A DNA stretch of 64,000 bases from Selaginella moellendorffii (taxonomy: Eukaryota > Plantae > Lycopodiophyta), in contig NW_003314313.1 in assembly GCF_000143415.4 (NCBI RefSeq), positions 142,418 to 206,417 of the forward strand, read 5' to 3'. The notes under the pieces were generated by a model. The model was not told where the DNA came from, did not search any database, and saw only the letters and a program-made list of their open reading frames with translations. Numbering within the stretch: position 1 is the first letter of the stretch; every line of letters begins with the position of its first letter. A program made the translations under genes and the position numbers. Of this stretch, positions 13,423 to 27,736 are shown piece after piece.

Positions 13423-14043
13423 ATTCATCTTGCAGCCTTGTCATTTATTAATATCTCAATCATATCAATAATTTATTTGAGCTCCAAAATGCTAAACCTT
13501 TTGTATTTTCACTCTTTCTTCTTCTTTATTCATTCTTTGAATACATGGCCTAAACACTAGACATATGATATTTTCTGCAAGTCCTTCTTCAATGAAATAA
13601 TCAACTTTTTATGGAGTTATTCTTCTCTGTAGAACACCTTTATGAAATTTGACACATATTTTGTTTTACATATAAATATTAAATCAAACTACAATAAAAA
13701 AAATAAAATTTAATGAATATTGCTTGTAATGGGATTGCTGCATCCAATTGGGCGTTGCAGGACCCTGTTATTAGGGTACTCATAGCCATGGTATTTAAAA
13801 CCGTTTGATACTCCGAGGATTCAGTATTAGTAGAGTATCTGTATGTGCTCCTGCCCATTTAGAGTCTAGCTCGGAACCATAATTAGAATCCATTGTGAGA
13901 AGTAACTGGAATCGCGGAATTGAGCAGCGCCAGAGATGTGCACGCCGATCGAACGTATCCCAGATAATCCCGCACGGAATCTTCTTAAGCTTAAGTTCCA
14001 TCTTCCTCATTCTCTTCGATTCTTCACTCTTATGAAAGGAGGG

Positions 14044-14826
14044 CAGCTCCTCTAGGTGCACGGTGAGGTGGCGGACACCAGCGTCGGTATCTTTGATCGC
14101 GAGAAGGTTTTCGTTGATAAAATTCTCTCGCTGCTCGTCACCAAGCTTCCACAGCTCAAGGTGGTCATGGAGCACATCACTACTCGCGATACCGTGGAGT
14201 TTGTGGAGAGCGTTACATCGGGTACGCGATTTCTTGTAGATTTTCTTTCGTGGTTTCTCTCGGCCTCACAGGAAATGTGGCTGCTACTGTTAACTCCACA
14301 GCACTTGCTACTCAATCGCAACCACACTAAACGAGAATCTCTTTTATTTGTGCTGGTTTTCTACAAACGAAAACCACGACAAGCCTGATCAAAGCTGTGA
14401 CGAGCGGGAGCCAAAAATACTTCTTTGGTACCGACAGTGCTCCTCACGCCAAAGAAGCGTCCTGCGGGTGTGCTGGAATTTACAGTGCTCCGGTTGCTCT
14501 ACCTCTGTACGCCCAAGTTTTCGAAGAGGCAAGTCTCGTTTCCTTCGTTTCTCTTGTTCTTATCATTGTTCTTGAGTTGGTATATTTCCAGGCTGCTGGA
14601 AGCGTTTACGAGCCTAAACGGTCCAAACTTTTATGGCCTTCCCGCGAACAAGGGAACGGTGACGCTGGTAAAGAGCCCTTGGTGCGTGCCAACAGCGTAT
14701 AGCTTTGATTCGGAGACAGTGGTTCCAATCTGCGCTGGAAAAACAATCCAGTGGAGTGTGGATAGCGTCATCAATGGTGAAGATAGTTGCGAGAAAAAGA
14801 ACAAGCTCGAAAGCTTACGGGTTTGA
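14044..14826 (+). pseudogene. 5'-truncated, frameshifted dihydroorotase duplicate
   Basis: Colinear with ~8793-9677 but lacks the first exons, has a 1-bp insertion (gttaactcc vs gttactcc) and several deletions (e.g. APHEKRAKE becomes APHAKE). Confidence 0.9.
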
Positions 14827-14861
14827 AATCGAGGTTGCTAAAGCTTTTCGGGTGATTTGAG

Positions 14862-16614
14862 TCAATACAATCTGGTTTCCATGCTGGACGCTGATCTGAA
14901 ATACTTCGCCTTGTTGAACTTGGTGCTGCCAGCAGCCGTCTCGAAGCCACACCTCGAAGCCGAACGGAAGAGCCTCCGGTTGTTCCTCTCGGCAATCTCT
15001 TGGATGGATTTCAAAGCCTTGAGATGGGTCATCTGCTGCTCCAGCACTGGCCTGTGGCGGACCTGGAACGATTTGCATCCTTGTTTCATCAGTATCATGA
15101 AGGAAGAGGTATGTCCAGTCTATATATCTTACAGCAGCACGACGTTTCTTCACGTCGATAAGCTCGGCTTGATAAACTTCTCGTATGTGTTGGCTCAGAG
15201 TAAACGGCCTTAGCTCCCTCCCACAAGGCAGGTGACTGGCTGTTTGGAACCAGGGCAAACCTTTTATCCCATGCTACGCACGTATCACAAGCTCTTACAT
15301 TTGACAAGAGGAGGTTTCTCTCTTTTGATGGTGAACTTCGGCACTTCATGAACACCCAAGAGCGCATCTCTAACGTCCTGGTCGATATTGTCAGCAATGT
15401 AGACCGGGAAGCCGGCATCTACACAAAACTCGAAAGCAGTGTTAGTGAACAATTCGTGAGTTCGGATGAACGCACCCATCTTTCGAAGCTGTGCTTTCTG
15501 GAAGAGGTTGAAAGACGTGAATTTTCGAAGATCAGGTGACTGAAAAAACAAGCTGAAGGAAGAGGAAAGAGAACCTGCTGCTGAAGATCAACTCGTCCAG
15601 GCTCCTTGTACGCAAGAGCCTATGTGAAAAGAAAAGTGAGCGAGATATATAGACACAAACATGATTTTCCTACCGGATTTTGTTTTTCTGCTTCCATCGC
15701 AGCAAGAACAGCCAAGCGTTCAGACTCTGCTTCATCAGCTTTTGCTCTCAGACGTTGCTGAGCAGCTTTGTCTCCTCCCATGACAGCTTCCATCATCTGC
15801 TAGAAAGCTTTCAGAGGTTAGAGGAAAGCACGAAGGCCAGGCACTACCTTCTTTCGACGATAAGCTTGTGCTAGCAATTGGAAAGGGAGAGGCTGAACCT
15901 TGGGCTTGGCTGCAAAAACTCGAAGCTGTTCAAGGTGGAGAATGCACAAGTTTCTAACTCCAACCTTCCTCTTCGAGGTCTTCTTTGGACTGGGAGTCCA
16001 GTTTTGTGGTCATGATCTGCACAAACTCAGGATACTCCACCTACAAGAAAACTTTAAGTGATCCAGGCAGATTCGTCATGCTGCGAGTGAATTCATGCAG
16101 ACCTCACCAGATTTATCTTCGTCGACTTCGTCCAGCATTCTGTCCACTTCCGACCGCTTGACATGCATTCCCAAGACGTTGAACGCTGTCAGCAACTCGT
16201 CGCTGTCGATGGCACCTGAGAAAAAAATGCTGTCATCGAACAAGTAAGTGGCAGTCTAAGATCAGGCACAAAGTTTTGGCAAGAAAAAATAAAAATGCTA
16301 GAGGTAGAGTTCGCTTAGTGATCGAAGATCTTTAAAGCTCAGCTCGAAAAAGAAGATTTTTATAAGAGGAAAGAGTAACATACCAGAGCCATCGAGATCA
16401 ATCAAATCAAAGCACTCCTTGAGCTCCTGCTTTTGCTTCTTCGTGAGCTCCGGCCTCACAAACTTGCCGTGCGCGCGCAACCAAGTGTTGATCGAGAGCT
16501 TCCTCAACAGCGACTGGAATTACGCCAAATAACAGCTCAAGAATGGATCAAGAGCAGTGGAAACACACGTACCATCACTTGAGGGCTCATCGGCATTCTC
16601 GCGGGCTCCGCCAT
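14862..16614 (-). CDS. Centrin/calmodulin-like EF-hand protein with a long unrecognised C-terminal region
   Basis: MAEPARMPMSPQVM/..ELTKKQKQELKECFDLIDLDGSG/AIDSDELLTAFNVLGMHVKRSEVDRMLDEVDEDKSG/VEYPEFVQIMT, i.e. two EF-hands. Further spliced exons run to ...SMETRLY*. Confidence 0.75.
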
Positions 16615-16748
16615 AGCCACAGCCCTAAAACTAAACCCTAGAAACAAGTTGGATTTCAAAAAGTGCCGGGAAACGCATATTCTCTGTATGGTGTTGAAGA
16701 TGCTTATCTAGTTTGAAAACTGGATATTCGTTTCCCATTGTGAGGAGA

Positions 16749-18234
16749 ATGGCTGTGCTAGCGGCTGTGGCGCTGGGCGCGCAGCCAAGAACGATCCGTG
16801 GCGCTCACATTGGGAGGAATTCCAGAGATTTTCCAGCGTCTCGGCGCCTGGAGTTTCTCGGCTTCACAAGGTCTGGAAAGAGATTGCGCTCCAGCTCCCT
16901 AGGGTTTTGCAAGCGCCGTGGTGTGGTAGCCGCCGCGGCTTCTCCAGCTCCAGAAACTACGGATGCGCGGTATTCGCAGAAGCTTGTGCTTGTTGTAGGC
17001 GCTACTGGTGGTGTAGGCGAGTTCTTATCGAGATTTTCTTCTTTTCTTCGCTGCCGAATGATACTTTTGTGTTTTTCCATTCAGGGCAGCTTGCGGTCGC
17101 GTCTTTGCTCGAGAAAGGTGTAGAAGTTCGTGCGCTGCTGAGAAATGCTGAGAAAGCTCGATCGTTGTTTGGCGATAAGCTACAGGTATTGCAAGCTCTT
17201 CTCAAAAAATTGTTTCTCTATCTTTTCTTGGTGAAACCATCGATAAAATTTGTACCAGGTTGTTGTTGGGGATACAAGGAATCCAGAAGATTTTGTTCCG
17301 TCCATGTTCGAGGTGATCTCTCTTTTTCTTTGTACGACTACCTTGATCTAACTATCATTTGGCTGCAGGGTGTCACTCATGTTTTATGCTGCACAGGAAC
17401 CACCGCGTTTCCATCCAAGCGCTGGGCTGGAGACAATACGCCGGAACAAACAGGTGCTAGATTGAAGTGGTACGTCTTTGGTTTGAAGAAAAAACTTTTC
17501 TTATCCTTTTCCACGAGCAGACTGGATCGGAGTACGCAATCTCATTGCTGCAGTTCCCAAAACCATCCAGAGATTTGTGTTGGTTTCGTCTGTTGGAGTT
17601 ACAAAATGCGATCAGCTGCCGTGGAAGTAAGCTCGATCAAGTTCTTTGCGTTTCCAACCTTTTCAACTTTTATGCTGGGCACCGCAGTATCATGAACCTG
17701 TTTGGAGTGCTCAAGTACAAAAAAATGGGTGAAGATTTTTTGAGAAGCTCTGGACTCCCGTACACTATAATCAGGTGCCAAACTCTCAAACTCTCATGAA
17801 GATTTCCCTCTCGAGCACGAGGTTTCCACAGGCCAGGGAGACTAACTGACGGACCTTACACATCGTATGATCTGAACACGCTGCTAAAGGCAACGTCAGG
17901 AACTCGTCGCGACGTTATCCTTGGCCAAGGTCGAGAAATTAATACTTGCCATAGTTTTGACCGAAGTTCTCTCACAGGTGATACTCTTGTTGGCGAAGCT
18001 AGCAGGATCATGGTCGCCGAAGCCTGCATCCAAGCAATGGACCTCGAGTGTACGTGTGGCCAAACTTACGAGCTCAACTCAGTCCAGGTTGGAGCAATAG
18101 AAACTTGCTTTTTATTTCAGCAAAGAATTCTCAACCTTACAGACGACGATTTTCCTGTGTAGGGGGACGGGCCTGGCTCTGACTGTAACAAATGGGCCAA
18201 GCTTTTCGTAAGCGCAGGCACCGGCACAAACTAA
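16749..18234 (+). CDS. Plastid-targeted NAD(P)-binding Rossmann-fold atypical SDR (Tic62/Ycf39-like family)
   Basis: Transit-like N-terminus, VLVVGATGGVG, CCTGTTAFPSKRW, VSSVGV, YTIIRPGRLTDGPY. Confidence 0.88.
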
Positions 18235-18338
18235 GTGTAGAAACTATATAGCGCCATCGTCGATCGGTATGTTGTAAGATTTCATAGTTTCGCTGATAAT
18301 AAGTGCTTGTCTCGTGACAAAATTTCCAAGCCTCTTCT

Positions 18339-21300
18339 CTAAGACACAGTTACCATGAACGGGCTGCCGCTGATATCCACAAGGCCAGCCATGATGGAGA
18401 GGTCATAAATGCCGGGCTCGCGAGCCACAAAGTTACCGACGAACATCCCTTCTGATACGTAGTCCATCGAAAACTCCTCCATGGTTGGGCCCGAGAGGAT
18501 CATGACGAAGGTCACAGTGTTTCCATTCTCGTCAACGTCGCTATAAGCATTGTTGCCGAATTTATCCCTGGTTTGGACTCTCACTTGCTTTGGAACCCCG
18601 GTTGTAGCTATGCTCTCTGCGGCCATCTCTATAACAGCGCAGAGAGGAACGTGAACAGCACCTGGAGGTATGAAGCTTTGAGAAACTGGTTTGCAACTCC
18701 GGAAAGAGAAACTAACTTGCCTGGTTTGACTTGCAGAGTGTAAGTCCCTTTGATTTGCGAACCATAGAGGGTAATGTCAGCAATGTACGAGCCCGAGAGC
18801 GTAGCGTTGATAGTCGCAGAATACTTCCCATTGCTTTCGTCGGGTATCAGTCCCACCGTAAGCTCTTCCGACGCCAACTCGACTATGAATTTCATTGGCT
18901 TGTTGGTCGTGTAATTCGCAAAGATGGTGACGGTCACGTCCTCTCCAGCAGGTAGACTGGTGTTAGGTGAAATCGTGGCTCTGAAATCTTTGGCTGTCTC
19001 TTTAACTGCAGTGAGCAGAGTAAGAAGAACGCAAATACTTGACCGATGCAAAATGCGTTACCAGATCCAACAGATACGTTGAGCGGACACTCGGGAAGAA
19101 GGAGATCCTCGTACGAGACCGTGACCGCGTAAAATCCTTGCGAAGGGACCTTGTACGAGGCAAGATACTTCCCTGGCGAAAGAAGGACGAAGCTCCGATA
19201 AGTGGAAGCTCCAGGTCCCGTGACACTGAGTTTAAAGCCGGAGCTGTCCACCGTCACTGGATTCTCGAAGACGTCCACCATGATCACCACGACTTCGTTC
19301 CATTTAAGCACCGATGCTAGAATTGACACCCCTTCGCCGGTGACATAAGCAACGGTCGTGTCCGGCGGCCCTGGAGGAAGAAATTTTCATCGCGGCTATA
19401 CCAAAAAGAGAGAAACTTTGCGAAGTTGGAAGTAGTACCTGGATAAATGGTGACAGGGAAAGGACTGCCTGGGAGTGGCACTTGAGCGTCGGAACCCACC
19501 GCTATGACAGTCATGCTGTAGTTTTGAGCCTTCCAGATGGTATAATTCACCGAGAAGTCCTGGCCTCCAACCCAAGTTGCGGCCATGCTTGCGAACGGTG
19601 GATCGAACTGGACGCTGAAAGAGATGGCGCCGGGAGCACAAGGATTGCGAAACCGATCGTATGCTGAGATGTTGAACTCTAGATTCGTTCCAGCTTCGCC
19701 ACCCGAGAGACCATCGCCACTGGCGACACACTGCTCTGGCAAAGGAGGACCTGAGATACGAGAAAAACTTATGTTAAGTTTTAGAAAGAATGCGAGGAAG
19801 TACCTGGAGAGACGGTCTTATTGTAAGAAACTAGACGAACATCCGACCATGAAATGGAAACCGTGTAATCGCCAGCGACGGTGGCGGTGTAGTTCGACAC
19901 GTACCTTCCATCTTCTGCTTGAAGCTCGAAAACCTTCGCGAGTAGAAAGAAGGTGTCGTCCATTGACGAAGCGTTTACGACGATGAGGCTTGTGTCCGTC
20001 ACGACTGGATAGCCAAAGTGGTCCCTGAGCGTGATGGAAATCGTAGTAAGGTCCCCGGCAGTGGAGTCTATGATGCCAGTTCCGTTGAAGGTGCTGTTGA
20101 GCACGCTCGGAGCTTCTGCACGGTGCAAGCCGTGAGTTATGTCATACAGAGCACTAGACAGTGTGCTTACCTTGCACGATAGAAAAATAATATGGGACTC
20201 CGGAGTTTACCTTCGTAAGGCCACTGGCAACTTGGAGCTTGAAATCCCCGCGTTCGGTCATTGTAAAAGCGATCAACACCTGGTCGCTTGCGTAAGTAAA
20301 TGTAGCAAACTGCTGGACGGTCATGTCCGACGTGAAAACCGGCCCCTCGCCACCAGTCGTGTAGACGGACGCCGTAAACATGGCAGTGACTGTTTCATTT
20401 AGAACCTGGTAGACTTTGTTCTTGAACTTGTCTCGCAGTAAGAGAAGGAATCTCACCGCACTGCCTTCACTTATCACATTTCCGTCCATAAACACCCCGC
20501 GACATTGAGATATTGCGATTGGACCTGTTAAGAAGAATCACACTCAGGCTTGAATCGTCGAGGAAAAAAGAAGTAGAACCTGATGAAACAGTGATCTGGA
20601 ACGGGCTGCCACTGGTGAGATTGCTCGGCGTTAACGATCCGGCGTAAACAAACACACCGTAGGTCCCAGATTTTGTGACGTTGCACTTGACAGTATACGT
20701 TCCATTTCGATTGTTGGTGATGGTTGTGGCCTGGGTGACAGCCGGAGAAAACTTTATAGAGATATTCACTGGCCCCGTCGGCATTGTGTTGTTAAATGCG
20801 TCGAAAGTTGTGACGAGGAAGCTCGTAGTCAAGCCCGCTTCTCCCTGTGAGACCCCAGAATACGTAGCTCTGCACCACGGTCCATATATACTCGCTACAA
20901 CCATTTACGAAAGGCATCAGTTCAAGAAACGAAGTGTGCAAGAAAAATATTCACCTGGAAGAACGCTCTTTTTTATTGCAGGACCTCCCCCTAGAACGAG
21001 CCCTTTCCATTGCGTCACAATCTTGTAGTCCCCAGCAAGTGTGGGCACATACGCGACTAGGAATGCACCACTCGATTTGGGAACGATAGAAATGTTAGTT
21101 GTTACGTTGATAGGAAGGCCGAACCTCGTAAACTGGACGCTCATGTCACTAGCGTTTGCGTATGCTGTGTTTCCTGCACTGTCGCGAAGTTGGACAAGAA
21201 ACTCCGACTTGGCACCAGCGGTTGAGTTCTTTAGCCCAGTACCATCTATTATGGTTCTCGAAGGATCCACGTTGTCTACAAAAAGTAGGAAAAGTGATTA

Positions 21301-24300
21301 GCATAACATCAAAGAACGTTATGTTCAAACCTGTGGTCACTGTGAACAAGTATGGCGATCCAGAAATGTCTTCTGACGCATTTCCAATCTGTAAGATAAA
21401 TCTTCCAACTTTGGTCATGTTAAATCTGAATGCCAGCGAGTAGTTCGACATCTGTGTCACGGTCAAGCTTGGAACTCCCAGCATACTCAGGTTTGATTGG
21501 AAATAAACGAGCGCCGTAAAGTTTGCTGCGGTGAGGCCATTGCTGGATAAAGCGTTCCCAAACACATCTTTTGGATAGAGCAAGAATGTCACAGTTGTGT
21601 TCTGTAGGTAGAACTCTATACCACTGAGCCACTCGCCAGAGCAATCCGGCACGGACAAGAATCCTGTGTTTAACTGTTAATATATAATACGGTAAAAAAG
21701 AGGTAGTACCTGGGTTTACTGTCAATGGAAACGGCGACCCGGATATGTTCTTCGACTTGCTTCCAATCCTTAAGTTGAACTGTCCGGCATCCACCGGAAA
21801 GAAAACTACGGACTGGTACCCGGAGAAGTTCTGAGGAACAACCGTAACATTCCAGTTGTTTATAGCATCAGGATAGCCTTGTACTTCGACAACAAAGTTG
21901 TAGGAGTCGTTTCTTCCTGTTGCCAAGCTGACATTATTCCCGTACGCATCCATGAGAAGGATTTGGATAACTGCTTGAGTTCCCGCGTCGAAGACATTTA
22001 CGCCACCAAGCCAAGAGGCTGTGCAATTCCAAACAGATACAGAGCCTATACGAAAAAAAAAGACACAATAAGCCAAAAGAAGGTACGAAAAGTAAAGATT
22101 ATCTCAGAGACCTGCTGTAACAGCAAACTGGAAAGGTGACCCTGTTAGATTTGCACTGGGACTCCACAAACCCAGCCAGTAGCTACCAGCCAAGGTCGGA
22201 TAGAATTTGACTGTTTTAATGCCTGCAGAAGGATTATCGGCAAAGCTCACGTTGTATCCTTGAGAACTATTAGCACTTCCAGAAATGTCGGCTGACAGCT
22301 GAAAATTGTAATCATATCCGCCAGTAATTGAGCTCACGGTGTTGTTGTAGACATCCTTGAGTAGGACGTGAAGCGTGGCTTCAGTTCCCGCAGGAAATCT
22401 ATTCAAGCCCTTCGGCCACGATGGTAGACATGCGGAAGTGGACACCGAACCTGAAGTAACAAACCACTTAAGATGAGATATATACTAGCAAAAACTTACT
22501 CGCATTCACGAAAAAATCAAGAGGCGAGTTTGTGATGGTGTCAGTGCTGCTTCCAACTTCACAGGCAAAATCTCCAGAAAGAGTTGACATGAAAGTCATC
22601 AGGTTGTAATCCGTGCCGTTGATGTTTTGCACTTGCACTCCCAGATCCGGCAAGCTTCCTACTGGTATGTCGCTCGAGAGGCTCACTATCGTAGCTACAA
22701 AAACATAAGGGTCATAAACGCTATTGTTGTACTTGTCTCGCTTAAAGATTTGCAAACTGCCATTCACTCCCGCTTGAAATTGGCTGCCATTTGGCCAAAA
22801 CCCCATGCAGGTCGGTATGCTGATAGGACCTGCAAAGAAAAGGAAGTCAGTTCATGATGCAAGGCCACATATTTATATACATGCCTGGAAAAACTCGGAA
22901 TAAGAAGGGAGAATTCGAAATATTGACGATGTCGCTGCCAACGTTCAGCAAATATGTTCCCGAAACTTGAGGATAAAATGTTACGATCCTGTAAGCTGAT
23001 CCAAGCTCCGGAGGAAGTAAAGCCAGGCTCGGCATTGAAAACAGTTGATAGTCGCTCGCAGTGCTCACGTTGACAGAAAAGTCGTACGAGCTTAAGCTGC
23101 CAGTGGATAAGCTGACATTATTGCCGTAACCATCCATCTGCAACACATTAAATTCAGCTCGTTCTCCAGCATAGAAGGTAGACTTGAATCCCGTCCAGGA
23201 ACCCTTGCAGTTTTCCACTGCAATTGAACCTGGAAAAAAATTATAAACTCTGGTTACCCAGTTGATTGATTGACAACTTACACATTCACCTGAAAATACC
23301 GAAAATGTGAAGGGTGAAAGTTGTAATTCTTGTGATCCATTTCCAACGTGCAGATAATATTGGCCTGCTTGGATTGGCATAAAAGTTGCAGCAATATAAT
23401 CCGTGTCGATTTCGAGGGGAGCAACTGTTACATTCAGAGGCGCCAGTGTACTGCCATCCGAGTAGTAAAAGCTTAGAAGTAGCTCCATATTTGGAATAGA
23501 ATTGCTGAATCCATCGAGTTGTAATATTGCTAGAGAAGAATTAGACCCCGCCTCAAAGGAATTAACTCCGTTTGGCCAAACAGCTGAACTGTCATTCATA
23601 GAAAGAGGACCTGATATATCAAAGAAAGACCAAAAAAGAAAAAATAAAAAAAGAACATCAGAAAGAATACACGTTGCTGACAAAATCTTTTACCTGGAAC
23701 CACGTAAAAGCGGAACGGTGCCTTTTGGATAACGTGAGTGCCATTTCCAACTTGCAAGTAGAATCTACCGGCTGTAGTAGGATAGAAAGAAACAGTTTGA
23801 GAACCTTCAGTCGCGTTACCAGAGACATTGAAACTGGGAAAGCTCGTCGAGGTGTTCACGGCAGGGTTGGCAATTACGGCGAGCTGAAAGCTGTATAGTA
23901 CACTTCGTCCAGTCTTTCCACCAACAGTGTTATTGAATGCGTCTTTTTGAGTTATCTGCAGCGTAGCCATTGTGCCAGCAACGAAGGTGCTGCTATTGTT
24001 GGACCATGTAGCAACACATACAGGAACATACACAGGACCTGAGAATCAGAAAAAGAAAAAACATTAAAACTGCGGACGGATAACACTGTAAGCATACCGG
24101 AAATGATAGTGATGGCCGGGCTCGAAAATCCGATAGGAACCACCCAAAAACCATAGGAAAAGAGAGTCACAAAAAGGATGTATTGAGCATTGGCATCTGC
24201 AATGGAATTTTGAGCAAGGCATGACACGGGAAATACTCCAGAACTGGACCCCTGGCTCACGTTGCAGGCAGTATTGGGTGGAGTAAATCCAGTTCCGGAA

Positions 24301-25027
24301 TCGAAGATACGTACTTGAAAAAGGCTGGGCGATCCGTCATAAGGTGTAGTGCAAGAGCAAGTCGATCCACTGCAGCTCGAATCGATGGCAACAATATTGA
24401 AAGTGAACGGCACTCCCTCGACCATCGTGATCTTTACAGCAAGAATGTCGATAACGCTGCAGTTTCCAGGCCCTGGTATAACTGCATAGAAGAACACAAA
24501 GATATAAAGAATGAAAACTTTTCACGCAAACTCAACGATAGAAACTCAAAGAACTATGACAACTTCTCAAGATGGTTCAAGCAAAAGAAGATGAAAGCCT
24601 TTCAAGAAAAATCATGATCAAGCATAGAACAAAGAAAAAAAAACCAAGAAGAAAAATGAGCATAGAACAAACCATGATCAAGCAACGAAGGAAAAAAAAT
24701 GACAAAAAATTTTACCAGGGAATAGTGGAGTCCATAGTGCTACATACTGGGGGCCGGAGTTGGAGGCGGCGATGGAGCGCTAACGCAGCAATCGCTCACA
24801 TCGAGACTGGAGACATAGCAAAATGGATCACAAACAGCGCCGGGGCGAGCTGAATCGCAAGTGGAGCTGCAGCAATCGAAGTCACACGCCGCGCATTCTA
24901 ACGCGCAGGTGATGTTCTGCGAGCACAGCATCAAGCAATCGCGCCCTGGCTGCGATATTACGAATCGCGGCGCCCACAGAAGCCAGCTCCACCAGAGAAA
25001 CCAATGCACGAACCTCGAGAGCTCCAT
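18339..25027 (-). CDS. GEX2-like secreted protein with ~16 filamin/Ig-like repeats
   Basis: Signal peptide and Cys-rich exon 1, then about 16 exons each with C..W....F.AG, D.[FY]GN, G.Y.L.V and GSPF.F.V.PG, joined by phase-1 introns. The pattern resembles GAMETE EXPRESSED 2 repeats. Confidence 0.8.
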
Positions 25028-25129
25028 TCCTCGCTCGCCCTCTCTAGAAACCCTAGAACAAGATAAGTTATCCCCCCGCCATAAAATATTCCATCGAATC
25101 TTTCTAGGGTTTATCTGGATGATGGGTTT

Positions 25130-26896
<1,767 letters not shown>

Positions 26897-26904
26897 AGCG
26901 AGGC

Positions 26905-27589
26905 TCAAGCACACAGCGATTCCCAGCTCTCTGTTCATCAAACAAGGTATCAGATTCAGGTACTTTGCAAGCAAAAATAACACGTAGTTCTTACTTAGAG
27001 CTCCTTTCTTATGCGCAGATGATTCTTTCACAGCTCCACAGTGATACCCAGGCTTCAAAGTAAAGTTCTTAGGAAGATCAACCGTGATAGTGCTCATCCC
27101 TGCTTCGCCAACGGTGACCAGGAAAGAGACAACCTTCTTCTCGTTTTTGTCACGCTTCTTCGCAGCTGGAACCAGGACAAGCGAGCGATCACAAGCAAGA
27201 GGCTTGTTTCCAATGAAGCGAGTACAGTTGCCTTGATCCTGGACTTTAGCTCCCTCGAGCTCCCAGATCACTTCCTTCTTCGCCCAAGTCCAGCCGTAAG
27301 CCCATCCGTGCTTTGAAAAGCTCTTCTCTCCAGACGAATCCAGAGTTACTAGAGCCTGGAAGAGATCGATTCACATCAGCACTGCGACGAAGCAAAGAAT
27401 GTAAGGAGCTGGAAGATCAAACCTGGTAACCATCTGTAGTCCAGTTTAGAACATCCCACTCGACGTTCACTCCTCTCGAGTCTGACGAACTTGATGTTAG
27501 TTCCAGGAGCTTGAGAGATCTAAGAGTAACTCACCAGTGCCACAAACGAGAAGAAAAAGAAGAGCGCACATAAGCTTGATCGCCATCAT
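26905..27589 (-). CDS. Short COBRA-like protein
   Basis: Signal peptide MMAIKLMCALLFLLVCG; VNVEWDVLNWTTDGY; GWAYGWTWAKKEVIW..GAKVQDQGNC; LPKNFTL.PGYHCG. Predicted spliced end ALKSWESLCA*. Confidence 0.78.
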
Positions 27590-27736
27590 CGCGAAGTTTG
27601 TTTGCTCGAACACCATATTTATGTTTCTTTGCTGGAAGAACAATGAAGGACAATGAAAGAGCCGGAAGAACAGTTGCTTACGCCAGCAAAGGGGTTAAAC
27701 CCTAAATCTTAGGGTTCTTGATACTGGCATTTTCAG

